DNA from: Auanema rhodensis
Taxonomy: Eukaryota; Animalia; Nematoda
Length of the DNA: 64,000 nucleotides
Direction: 5' to 3'
NCBI GenBank assembly: GCA_964057225.1
Contig: OZ059898.1
Location: 8,928,001-8,992,000 of the forward strand
The position numbers and the translations under genes are program-made. Positions 1 to 11,720 of this stretch are shown here, in pieces (position 1 is the stretch's first letter; each line of letters opens with the position of its first letter). The notes under the pieces were generated by a model. The model had not been told where the DNA came from. It saw nothing but the letters and a program-made list of their open reading frames with translations, and ran no database searches.

Positions 1-3000
1 TCAGCATTAGCCGAAAGATCGAACGGCAAAAAAGAGAAGTTCATACCTTATCGTGATTCTGTTCTCACATGGTAGCTTTTATACTGAGTTTTCTCTTTTA
101 GCTTATTTTTCCAGGCTTCTGAAAGATAATTTGGGTGGAAATTCCAGAACTGTTATGATTGCCACAGTATCTCCTGCCGGCGATAACTATGAAGAAACAT
201 TATCAACTCTCAGGTATGATTGTGTTCTGACAAGATTATTTACCTCAATTCCAGATATGCTGATCGTGCTAAGAAAATTGTTAACCATGCAGTTGTTAAT
301 GAGGTTAGTTTTCGTAATTTCCACCAACATTCCCCTATCCCTCCCCCTGGGGTTCCAATTCGTGTCACCATACTTACAACAGCAAAATCGCCGGATGTCA
401 TACATCTCATGAGAATTCATTGGAAAATTGAATGTCACGATCACTATAGGTTTTATTGTCAAATAAAGCTCAATATTAGGGTATTAATTTGAAATTTTGA
501 TGATACAGAACTATGTTTTGTTGGACCCAGCTAAGAAAGGCACAATAAAAAGAAAGGGATCATTTTATATTTGGATGATGTTGCAAAACTAGCTATGATT
601 ACCACTCAAACCTATCATAAGAGTTTATAAAATAACTATTTTTTACACTAAATATTCCAGGATCCAAATGCTAGAGTTATTCGTGAACTTCGGGAAGAAG
701 TTGAGACATTGCGTCTTCAAATCAATCAGACACTTAAAGAGCAATCTGTAAGTGCTTTGTCCTATACTTACTTTTAATGGAACATCAATTTGATAGGAAA
801 CCGAAGAACTTCGTGAACGCTTAGCTGAAAGTGAACGACTTGTGGCTCAAATGAACAAGTCTTGGGAAGAACGATTGAAGGAAACTGATACATTGAACAA
901 GGTTTGTCTCCCATTTCTTTGTTGCGTGAAACTTTATAACTATAGGAACGACAACGAGATCTTGCTGATATTGGTATATCTATTGAATCCAGTGGCATAA
1001 AAGTTGAAAAGGATAGATTCTACCTTGTAAATCTTAATGCAGATCCCTCCTTGAATGAACTTCTGGTGTATTATATCAATGTAGTTTCATTATTATATTA
1101 GCAATATATACATCTTCATAATTTTCAGGGAACGGGTATTATTGGCAATTTAGATGATTTTGAAACTAGTCAAGATTCTGGCCTCGGAACCTCTATGTAT
1201 GACATTGATAAAAAGGATCAGGAACGCACTTCAATTATTCTGCGAGGACTAGGAGTTATGAGAGAGCATGCTAAGCTAACTATCAGCGAAGAAAGTGGAA
1301 GACAACGAATGTATGTCGAACCTCTTTGTCCAAATGCTAGGTAAAAAAAAAGCACAACTCTTACAGGATATGTACTTTTCTTTTAGAATTTGTGTAAATG
1401 GAAGGCAAATTTCTGAGAAAACATTGCTCAGACATGGTAATCGTTTGCTAATTGGAATGAATCATTTCTTCAAAGTCAATTGCCCTAAAGTAATATTATG
1501 ACAAGTTTTGTGATAACATACGTTTGTTTTCAGGAATTAGATCAAATGGCTCAGTCAGTCATGGATGATGGCGTGCTTTTTGATTATGATGATGCTTGGC
1601 ATGAAGTTAATGGCGATGGATCTAATCCCATTTCATCTGCTGTTGATCAGTACATGGAACAAGTTACCCTGAAACATCAAGAAGATAAGAAAGCTGCTCT
1701 TGAGCAGCAATACGAAGCTTTTGAGCGTTATATACAGAGTTTGACTGCTGGAGGGTAATTGGTTGTGAAAATTATAAAACCTGATACCATGCACTTGCAG
1801 ATTCACTCCGTCAACTCCAATGACTCCAGCTTTCGGATTTGGTGCAACTCCCTTAGCTACTCCTGCAACAGGTTTACCACCATTCCCTTTCCCAGCTAAT
1901 CCGAAACAGAGTGTTCGCAGTAAATTTTTTTATTGGGCTCAGAGAAAGTTCGTATCTGTTTATATCATAGTTTTATTATGTTTGTTTAGGGAAGAACTTT
2001 TCGCTGAATCTTTGAAGAGATTGAAATCTGAAATTATCCGAGCAAATGCTTTAGCTCGTGAGGCAAATATGATCAGTAAAGAGCTTGCGAATAGCCGACG
2101 TCAAACTACATATGATGTTACTTTGCAGATTCCTGCTTCAAACTTAAGACCTAGTCGAATACAAGTATATTTCCTCGCAATTGCAGTACAAATTGCTTTT
2201 TTTAGTTTGGTGCATTTGTTTGTGAGCCAGCTATTGTTGTTCGACGAGTAGGAATGAGTGGTAGTCAAGTATGGTCAGTGGCTCAACTTGAAAATAAGCT
2301 GATTGATATGAGGGATATGTATAATGATAAAATCAGCGGAGTGTCAAGGGACGACATCTCACTGATGTGCTCTCCCGAAGCTTCGCCCATGAAATCCTTG
2401 CCAGATCCTGAACATAGCATGATGATAGATCCTTTTTTCGAAAGCCAGGTATTTTGAGAGATTAACAACATTAGGAAAACGTTAATGTTAAGGAACATCA
2501 CAATTTAATTGGAGTAGCTAATGTTTTCCTAGAAGTACTCTTCCATGATATGAGGCTCGATTATCAAGTTCCTATAATATCACAACAAGGTGAAGTGTCT
2601 GGAAGGTTACATGTGCAGATCTACAGAGTACCGAATCCTGTGGGTGATTCAGCTCAAGGCTCTCCGTTCGAAGGAGAGGATATCACTAAGCCTGAAAGTT
2701 TGTTGGGCAAGGTTATAACTTGTCGTGTATGTTTTTTAAATGAGACCATCTTCCAATAAATTTGTTTCAGGTTCGTATTAAAAGAGCTTGTGGTCTCCCC
2801 GAGGCTTTATCTCACTTTGTGTTTTGCCAATATTCATTTTTCCATCTCTCGGATATGCTTGTCGTAGCTCCTGTTTTTGACACCTCCCAACCAGCCGATG
2901 ATCAGACTGCATCTACAACGTTCAAGTTTGACCACGAAAAGGATTTTTCCGTAGTGGTTACGGAAGAGTTTTTGGAATATGTTCATGATGACGCACTATC

Positions 3001-6000
3001 CATCGAAGTTTGGGGGCATAGAAATTGTGATGTAGATTATGAGCACAAGCTTGATGCTGAGGAAAAGAGTAAATCACTTCAAGTTAGCAATCTCATTTTT
3101 CAAATATTTAAACATGATATTAAGGCTCGGTGGTCCGAAGTATCAAGGAGAATGGAATTATTTACCGAATTTCGTGAACTCTCTGATAATGGACAATGGG
3201 CTCCTGTAGAAGTCAGACAACAAGATGATGTATGTACAGGAGGTGTTCATCAACTGAAGCAAGGTCAACAAAGAAGGTTATTGGTCGGATTGTCTGTTCC
3301 ACCTGTGGGAGGGCTTCCACTTGGAGTCGATTCAATAACATCTGTATCCATCGGATGTGTGTGTGTAAGACAAGCTGATGTTCATAAGTCACTGGATAGT
3401 TATCAAGAAGAGGATTTGGACAGGCTACGTTGTCAATGGTCTGAAGCCTTAAAAACCCGCCAAAGGTATTTGGAGCTTCAGCTAGATTCAGTAAGACTAT
3501 GACCCTCAACGATTTTTTGATTATTATTTTTTTTAGTTATCATCTAAAGATGCTAAAACTGAGTTGGAAAAGGAAAGAGAACATAGCTTGATGGGGCAAT
3601 GGATATCACTAACTGAGGAGCGTACTGCTGTCTTTGTCCCGCCTCCTAATTCTGACATACCAGGTGCACCATTTGACTGGTAAGTAAATAAAAATATTAT
3701 ATATTATCAATTTCTTAATTAAAGGGACCCACCAGAGGGAGTTGAAAAGCATGTTCCTGTTTTATTTTTGGACTTGAATTCTGACGATATGACTGGAGAA
3801 CTTACTAGTGATGAAGCTGCCCCTAGGACTCCTGGACTTCATTCAATATTACCTAAGGAGCATAGTGGTGGCCCCCCCGTTATTCTTCCAATTTTGAGTT
3901 ATGATGAAAATCAGGTAATTATAGAAAATTTGAGAATTTATCATCAATTAATGTTTAGTTGACTGCCACTTGTTCATGGGATAGTTCTATTCATGATCAT
4001 GCTGCTCTTAATATGCCTTCCGGCCCCAACGATAGAGTTTATGCTGTAGTAAAAGTTTCTGTAAGATTATCACATCCATGCTCCATGGAAGTTGTTCTAA
4101 GAAAGCGGGTTTGCCTACATATCTATAAAAAAGTAAATAATTTATTCATTATTCTCCATGAACTTTCTATTCTAGACGAGTTTAACAGAACGTATCTTCA
4201 AACGAATCGTTGGAACTGACCCATTATTTAGAACTTCCGTACTGTACGATGTTGTAGCACATATTCCTAAAGTCAGTTTTTCCATCTTCAAATTATAATA
4301 TTTGAAATTTTCATTTTAGTCATCGCATGATATGGAAGAGAGATCTTCTTTAGCATTAATGGCTGCCCAGCACACATCATCAGCTGATGATGAAAATGAA
4401 ATTGAGCAACAAACGAATAAACAATTAAGGTTTTATTTTATTCATAATCAATTCATCAAGTTTATAATATTCCAGCTACATCGAAGCGTATACTAAATCA
4501 ATTCAAGCTGTTGAATCAATGCTTAAATTGGATAGGCTTCGACAAGAAGTTGCTATTACAAATATGCTGAGCAAGTGCGTTTACTTGATTCTTACCAAAA
4601 TTAAAATTTCCATTTTTCTTTCAGGAAAGATCGACTTCAGCGACTTACACATTTAGGAATTCCTTCTCAAGGTTTCCGTATGAAACGAGCAGTTAGTCTT
4701 CCTAATACTAGTGCTATTTCAGTATGCTAAACTAGAATTTTAGATAACATAAACCTATTTTGTTTCTTTTAGCCTAGCTGCCCTCCTACGATCCCTACTA
4801 ATAATGCTCCTAACAGAATGGGAACTTCTATGATGACTGAAACAACACCTAGGAGACAGGGTGATACGCCAATGAGCATAAGCACAAACTCTTCTTTAGG
4901 TAAGAAATTTTTATAGCGATGCAGAAAATGGCAACTACTACTCATTTTAAAGCTGTTAGCAAACAGCAACACTAAAACAATGTCGCTAAAACAATCTTTT
5001 TTTCCTGATTATGCGGCATTCGCATGACCCGTCTAGGCCTTCTGGCTGCCTCATTTAATTTTGCTTTCTAAAATTAGAGCTTAGCACTCTAGGTAATTCG
5101 TAGATCTATCTTTCTATCTATCTTCTAAAGTAACTTCCTTGGTTTCTCTATCTCGAAGTTGACGACTGTGCTTTGACTTCGCATCTGTTCACGCTGGTGG
5201 TTGTTAAACACACAGAGCGGAAACGCCAAAAAATTTTCCTGCAGGCTTGTCGGAACTAATTAGATGGCTATGACAGACTGTTCCGGAAGAATCACGATTA
5301 TTAAAACACTTAATAATTTTTACCACGCACTCACAGCATTATGATTCAACGATTCAGCTTTAATCAGAACCATATCTTCGTGCTCCTTGCTAAAACCTAG
5401 ACCTTTTCAGTTCGGCCCACTTTCCTTAATCTGAAACCGTTATATAACGGAAAATGTAGGTTTTCTCTCCCACCTGAGTTGTGAGCCTTGCCAGAGTGAT
5501 CATATCGTATTCTTCGCGTTTTCTCCACCGTTTTGCCAATCCAACCGTGATTTATCCAAGTTATACATGCAGGTTGCTTAGCATGTCACTGCTCATGTTT
5601 TTGTTATGTAGCCGATACGTGCCGATAATTTTGCGGATTTCTGATCTCATCAATATAGCATATAATTTTTGGTTTGATGCTTGAATGTGTATGCTTTTCT
5701 GAAAAAGAAATGTATGTTGTAGTAGCATGAATGTTGTTCTTTTTTCTCCGTTAGTTGTGATCATATTGTTGCGGAACGTTTACTGTGGGGGAACGTTCAA
5801 TTAGTCATAGCAAGTTGTTTTCACATTTATTTCATTTTAGTAACTAGTCTGGCCAGTCCATTGAATGAGCGTCTAGGAGGTATTGTTGAAGAGAATACTT
5901 CGAAAACTCATGAGGTTTGATAGTATACATGATAATTTAATAATTTCTCCTTTAAGATGTACCCTCCCAGATCAAATACCGTACCTGAGACTCTTAATAC

Positions 6001-6310
6001 AGTTGTTCAGCATGATTCGGAACAGGTATTGTTAACATTTATTTTATCATTTATTAGTGTTTTGTTTCAGTATTTGGATGAATGTAATGGAAATCTTTTA
6101 TCCTCCACTATGACCTCTTCATCTTCGGCAATGACGTCATCGTCATCGACTGATGATGAAAACAGGCCACAATTAATCATGCATATGAACAATAACCAAC
6201 AAGATAAGCCAACCAAACTGCCATTAAAACGTTAGTTCAAACTCGCTTCCTCTTTATGGATTTTTTTTATTTCAGCTGGTCCATTGGATCTCAATATTTC
6301 TTCGTTGTGA
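1..6310 (+). CDS. klp-4: Kinesin-3 motor, KIF13/KLP-4 family (5'-truncated by window; multi-exon)
   Basis: Spliced exons give the end of the motor ([73 protein letters not shown]), an FHA domain ([17 protein letters not shown]...[20 protein letters not shown]) and KIF13-type stalk motifs ([17 protein letters not shown]; [13 protein letters not shown]; [15 protein letters not shown]-like). The last exon ends [14 protein letters not shown] at 6308-6310. No CAP-Gly domain seen. Confidence 0.93.
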
Positions 6311-6735
6311 TAAATGTGTTTTTTTCAAAGAAATTGTCTTGCTCTCATATACGTTGTCCACCCAGGTGCCACTGTTATTTTAACCTGAATACTTGTCATA
6401 GCTTCCGTATTGCGTTTTAAAATTTCTATGATCGGACGTTAAAAAGAATTAGATTCTATTCATATTATTCTATTGTATATATATTAGACAAGCCAATATA
6501 CATTCATATATTGCGACTTTTAAACCAAAGAAATTTGATATTATTTTTTCCTTCTTTGTGATGTACTTGCACATATAGTTCACAACAGCGATTTATTATT
6601 TTTAAAAAACACAACATAAGATTCACAATAGAAAATGTAATGCTAAGCAAGCAAAGCAATAACAACAATAGAATGTCTCTGATGATAGAGGTTCATATCT
6701 AAGCAACAACACGGTATAAGCTCAAAAACTGAAAA

Positions 6736-9700
6736 TTATGCCTTTTTAGTCTTCTTCTTCTTATCAACAGTTCCCTTTCCTTTAGTTTTTCTTTTTCTTG
6801 TATCTTTCTCCGTGTCCATGACAGAGAAATCGTAACTGTCTTCCGCTAAAGGTAACGCTTCTCCTTTTTTGCCTTTTGATAGCTCTGGAAATCAAAAAGA
6901 TGATCAGCTATTTTTGATTATTGAAATTATACCAGGATAATCCTCCCCCTCATCATCATCATCGTCAATCTCAACATCATCTTCATCTTCATCTTTTTCA
7001 ATATCAGTCACATCTTCATCGTCCATTTCAATATCTGACATGTTAGAGATGTCTGAATCTTCATCATCATCAACATTCAACTCGCCAGAAGCAACTAAAA
7101 ATAATTTGTTATACCAAGGTGAACTTTGAAATATGTCATTTATTTTTTTTTAGCGGCAAGTGAAAATATGGACCCTTTGTTTCCGATAATTTTTTTTGAT
7201 CATGTTCAGAAAGCACATAGCATGATCCATCAATGCAATAGTCCTCAATCTCTAAAACATCAGCAAGAGGGGCACGAGGTCCATCGATAGGAGGAAAATC
7301 AGAGTCGAAACCATAAGATAGACTATCCAAAACCATCTTCAGAAAAAACCAAACGATTTAAATTAGTACATTAATATGGATAAGAAACACAGCTTTAAGT
7401 AATATTTAAAGAAATATGAGATATTATGCTACAATACGAACAAATGATCGCGACTAACAAGTGTTTAGTGCACAACGCTTTGAGCATTAGGCCCATGAAC
7501 AAATTATCCCTGCTGGGTACGGAAATTTGAAGTCGTTCATTGTTATTGGTTCTCGGTTCTGATTCTAAGGATTACTACATAATTAAGAAAAGGCATTGCA
7601 GTTATAGGTTGTGTTGAGTTATCGAGCTTCAGAAAATAAAAATATAATACTATCATTGCGTAATAATGTAAAAGTACTCGCAAAGGTTATAGAATCCAAC
7701 AAACAGGTATATCAAATTGCGTTACTGCAAAAACAGTTAAGCAGTCTTGAGACAAAGAAAAGCAGGCTGCATTGAAAACTACAAATTATCGAAGAAAATG
7801 AGAACCTACTCGCTTTCCTTTCTAAATTTTAAAATATATTGAAACTGATTCAAGTCAGCACAAGAAATAGATCTCAGTGAACCTATCAAGAATAATAATA
7901 AAAAACAAAAGTTCAAAAACAGAATAGCTATAACCTCTTCTGAAAATTCAATCTTTTGAATCAGAATGGTCATTGAGATTGACAAAGAGTGGGAATTGAT
8001 AAATTGAGAAATAAAATTCAATACTTTTCATGTTTTTGGCGATGCTATATTTCGGAAATAGCCTTAAACGAAATGTTTAAAAGGTTATTTCTAAGTGCAA
8101 AACCGTTTTAGATCTTAAGAATAATATAACATTTAAAAAAGGAAGGACAACAAACACAACCACCTATTTTTTTAAAGATACTTAAAGAAGAAAAATTGGT
8201 TAAGGCTGCATTTCAAAAAATGGCCCCCATGGATTTCATCCTAATGCTCATTGGATTTTGCGCGAAAAAAGACGTCTGTCGGAAGAACATGGGCAGGATA
8301 AGATAAAAGATTCTAGAACGTAGAAGAGAAGATGATGTATAAGCATGCCAAAGATGGATGACCAACAGAATGAGGCGCTTAAATGAACAAAATTATGTGA
8401 CAACTTCGACACAGATGGGATTTGATGACAACAAGTGTGCACGTTTCTAGAAATTAGTTTCATTATAGCAAATTGCTGAGCTATGTTGTATGCGCTGCAA
8501 AAGCTGTATTCTAACCAGACATAAAGAAAAACTGATGCAAGATCTTCAAATATTACAAATTTAGAGAAATGGCCACAAAAGAATATTGCAAACTGACTGA
8601 ACCAACAACTATGAAGAATAGAGGCCTTGTGGTAATGCATAAACACGATAGCTTTAGATAAGAGAACAGCATTGAAGGAAAAAACAAGAAGCATCATTGG
8701 TAGAGGGAATGTATCAAAAATACTATAAGACATGCTAAACTCCAACAGATTTTATTTGGCATCTCCAATTACTTGTTGGGATCCAAGTTTTTCATCCATT
8801 CTGCCAAAAAATCGAACGCGAAAAACTTCAAAAAAGCTACTCACATATACAATCAAAAGCTATACTGGAAAACTAGCTTAAGTTGCATAACTGAGAAAAC
8901 TAAAGAATAAGCTTGCCGAAACATTATATGAAAGTACAGGGGATGGTGTTAAAAGGAAAAAATATTCAGAGAACTCATAATACCGTGAAGCATTGTTGAA
9001 TTATTAACAAATGATTCACTTAGTCACATCGTCCTCATCATGTACCAAAAGCGTAATTAATTAAATATATGAACGTGATGTGAACTTTCAAAAAGGAATA
9101 GTGCATGTTATTAAAATTTGAAAAAGAAAGGATACGATCGATTCGTAATGTTTCAGCTTGAACTCATTAAAATGAGTTGGTAGTTTAGTCAATTATTTGA
9201 AGAAATTACTGGTAGTAATAATGTGGAGTAAACAACAACTGAGTTAACGAACCTTTTTGCAAAGCCTTCTTGAATTTTTTCCCTTCTAAATGATTCGTAA
9301 GAGTTGCTGGATCTCGGCTCAAAACTTTTTTTGTCAGTTTGCATCCCAACAATTTTTCACTAAAACACAATGTTAGGTTCTCGACATGAATAAGATGCAT
9401 ACTCCAAGTCCTCAAACACATCAGGATGCTGAACTAAAATTTCATGAATAGCCCAAGCTGTTTGGAACTTTTTAGTACTGGTATATTCCTGAATAGTGCA
9501 AAGTGTATACTAAATCAACTCATGCATACCTTCAAAATCGCACTTGTAGGTTTCAATTCATGGCCCGTAATGATACATTTCAACTGGAAAAAAATATACT
9601 AGACAATGTTAGAAAGTTTAGAAATGTTGAGTAGGCTACTTATTCAAATATTAGCTTGAAGTACCCAAAATATACTGAAACAATTTTTCCAATCTTATAT

Positions 9701-9822
9701 AGATTAAAAATAAAGCCCTCGTAAAAAAAATTCGAAATAGTTCTCACCTTATTAAAAGGAGCTTCAACAAAAACATTATACTTCTCTAAAATTTCTTTAG
9801 CCTGTTTATCTTCAGCAGACAT
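6736..9822 (-). CDS. Surfeit locus protein 2 (SURF2)-like nucleolar protein
   Basis: Exons read MSAEDKQAKEILEKYNVFVEAPFNK / LKCIITGHELKPTSAILK / EYTSTKKFQTAW...DVFEDL / EKLLGCKLTKKVLSRDPATLTNHLEGKKFKKALQK, followed by an acidic D/E tract and a basic tail ending KKKTKKA-TAA. This matches the SURF2 layout (C..TGHEL; CKLT...H..GK.F). One 2.16 kb intron, 7095-9252. Confidence 0.82.
7136..7336 (-). CDS. Candidate nested 66-aa ORF inside the SURF2 intron
   Basis: ATG immediately follows a pyrimidine tract plus AG (ttttttctgaag|ATG), as at other trans-spliced starts in this window. Sequence has ordinary protein composition (MVLDSLSYGFDSDFPPIDGPRAPLADVLEIEDYCIDGSCYVLSEHD...). No homology recognised. 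Confidence 0.3.
   Translation of the reverse strand: MVLDSLSYGFDSDFPPIDGPRAPLADVLEIEDYCIDGSCYVLSEHDQKKLSETKGPYFHLPLKKNK
8248..8795 (-). CDS. Candidate nested hydrophobic ~170-aa ORF inside the SURF2 intron
   Basis: 165-codon open frame at 8248-8745. It can be extended by a 38-nt GT-AG intron to MKNLDPNN-MSYSIFDTF..., and is preceded by a GTGAGT...ttttggcag intron. The strand is T-rich, so a chance ORF is possible. Confidence 0.25.
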
Positions 9823-9961
9823 CTATAAACAATGAAGAATACACAATTTTTGAAAATTGTTCCAAATATCAACAGTTATGAACAAATTGATGAAAATAAA
9901 TAAACAATTTTATGAATAATATTGTTAATATCACACTTGTATCACATTTAAAAAAAACAAA

Positions 9962-11483
9962 TTACAATTCAATTTTTCTATTCGATTTCTTCATCCCAAA
10001 ATATGTTGTGAGTCTTTTGATCTTTCCATTATCTCTTTCACGTTTCACGATATGCGAAAAAGTTGATACGCAATTTCCTACGAAATGGTCTGAAAGCCCT
10101 AATATTGCCAAGCTAACGTAAGGGTTTTTATCGGTCAATTTATAAGCTTGGATCTGAAAAGAAAAATTGAGTAGTGAAATGAACTAAGCATTTTACATCA
10201 TATGGTTTCAAAGCATCATTAATTTCCTCAATCATATGATCATTATCACTCGAAACAAATACGGATTTGGCTCCAATGTTACCGACAGTTTCAAGGACCT
10301 TAACAAAAAAATGAGGCAAACAAGCAAAAAGTATATTTACGTGATTGAGAATAGTTTCAGTTGAAGGAAAACACATGTCCTTTGTTAATTTTCCCTTATG
10401 ATGATTTACTCCTAAGCATTGAGCTGAGGCGAATAAGGGAGTATTTTTTTCAATATCGATATGTTCACATACAGAAACCTAAACTTAAAAAATTAATTCA
10501 ATACGATAATTTACGATACCCAATCTCTTTCATTTCTTAGATGAATTCCCACAAAAGGCTTGATAAGTGTGTTGGATATGAACTGCTTAGCTTCTCCTAA
10601 GACACGTGAATTCCATCGGAGATATCTTCAGAAAAAACTAATTTTCAAATCTCATACTTATTCAAACTTTTGTAGTTCCCAAACTTTTGATCTAGATGGG
10701 AATGAAGCAGGAGCAGAGGGGAATGCAAGAACTGGATAAGCAGATGAGTTGAATCTAAAACTTTGTTATGCCGAAAATATAAAAAAAAACTAAAAACCTA
10801 TTGAGCCATGCTGCTAGAGAGCCTTTGGTTTCCAATTCATAAGCACCCGGTATATCTCCAAAATATTCATCTTCAATAAAATTAACGTTAACTTTATCCC
10901 AATATGGTCCAAACGGATTTCCTTCCTTAAAAAATATTTAATAGTTTTTTTGATAAGGGAATAACCTTTGGGTGGCATCCCAGAGGAGCTTTAGAATCGA
11001 ATATCGAACGTCTTGGAGACCAACATAGAGCTAAAAGGTAAAACCAAATATAAAAAAATTAAAAATTTTTTTAACCGTTTCTTTTTTCCTCGGGCCATAT
11101 ATTGGGTGCTACGTACTTCATGAAATCATGCATAGTAATAACCTTTAAATACTGTTTGATAGGATTCAATTGAAAAAGACTTTCAAAAGGAACAAAACTC
11201 TAAAAAATATAAAATAATAAGAAGAAAAAGGATACTTCCATACAGTTTGAGTTACTTTGAATTCTATAAAATTGGGCAACACCAGTGTCCGATCTAAATT
11301 TCTTGCAAAATCCATAACACCAAGTAATTGGTCTATTTGATTGCCGAAGCGTCCTGGAAATTGAGTTCCACTTCGAACTTCCAAAGCTTACATACCCATA
11401 CAAGGACAGAACACAACATAGCCTTGTGGATCAATTTCAGCAGCATTTACTAAAGAAAATACAAAGAAAAGAATTAACTTCAT
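9962..11483 (-). CDS. pfut-1: Protein O-fucosyltransferase 1 (GT65)
   Basis: Signal peptide, then [71 protein letters not shown] and SDHFVGNCVSTFSHIVKRER. Ends in an ER-retention-like KIEL-TAA. Confidence 0.95.
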
Positions 11484-11720
11484 CCTTTACAATGAACACC
11501 GAATAAGGTATGATAAGGAGAGCAGATGCATGAACCGTAATAAAATCAACGTAGCTGATAACAAGTTTTATAGTACTTTATATTATAATATTTATCATGG
11601 TATAGTAAACAGGAAAATACCCAAATGTTAGTAAGTTTATAATAAATAGAAATTTATAAATTAATCACACGGACAACATGTTACAATCTGACAGAAGACA
11701 CAGGAGAGCATATGTATACT
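11484..11720 (-). promoter_or_regulatory. Probable operon intercistronic region (syx-6 to pfut-1)
   Basis: Same-strand genes ~240 bp apart. A minus-strand AATAAA (11578-11583) lies ~95 nt upstream of the acceptor next to the pfut-1 ATG, with U-rich sequence including TACCTT (Ur-like) between. pfut-1 to SURF2 spacing is only ~140 bp. Confidence 0.6.

Noticed and set aside
5460-5480. 21-nt frame-preserving microexon (GFLSHLS) in klp-4
   Set aside because: Its acceptor has no pyrimidine tract and overlaps the donor of the better-supported 5411-5455 exon.
7440-7560. Intronic telomerase RNA candidate (GCCTAA within local hairpins)
   Set aside because: Only one 6-nt telomere unit rather than a ~1.5-repeat template, and no convincing H/ACA end.
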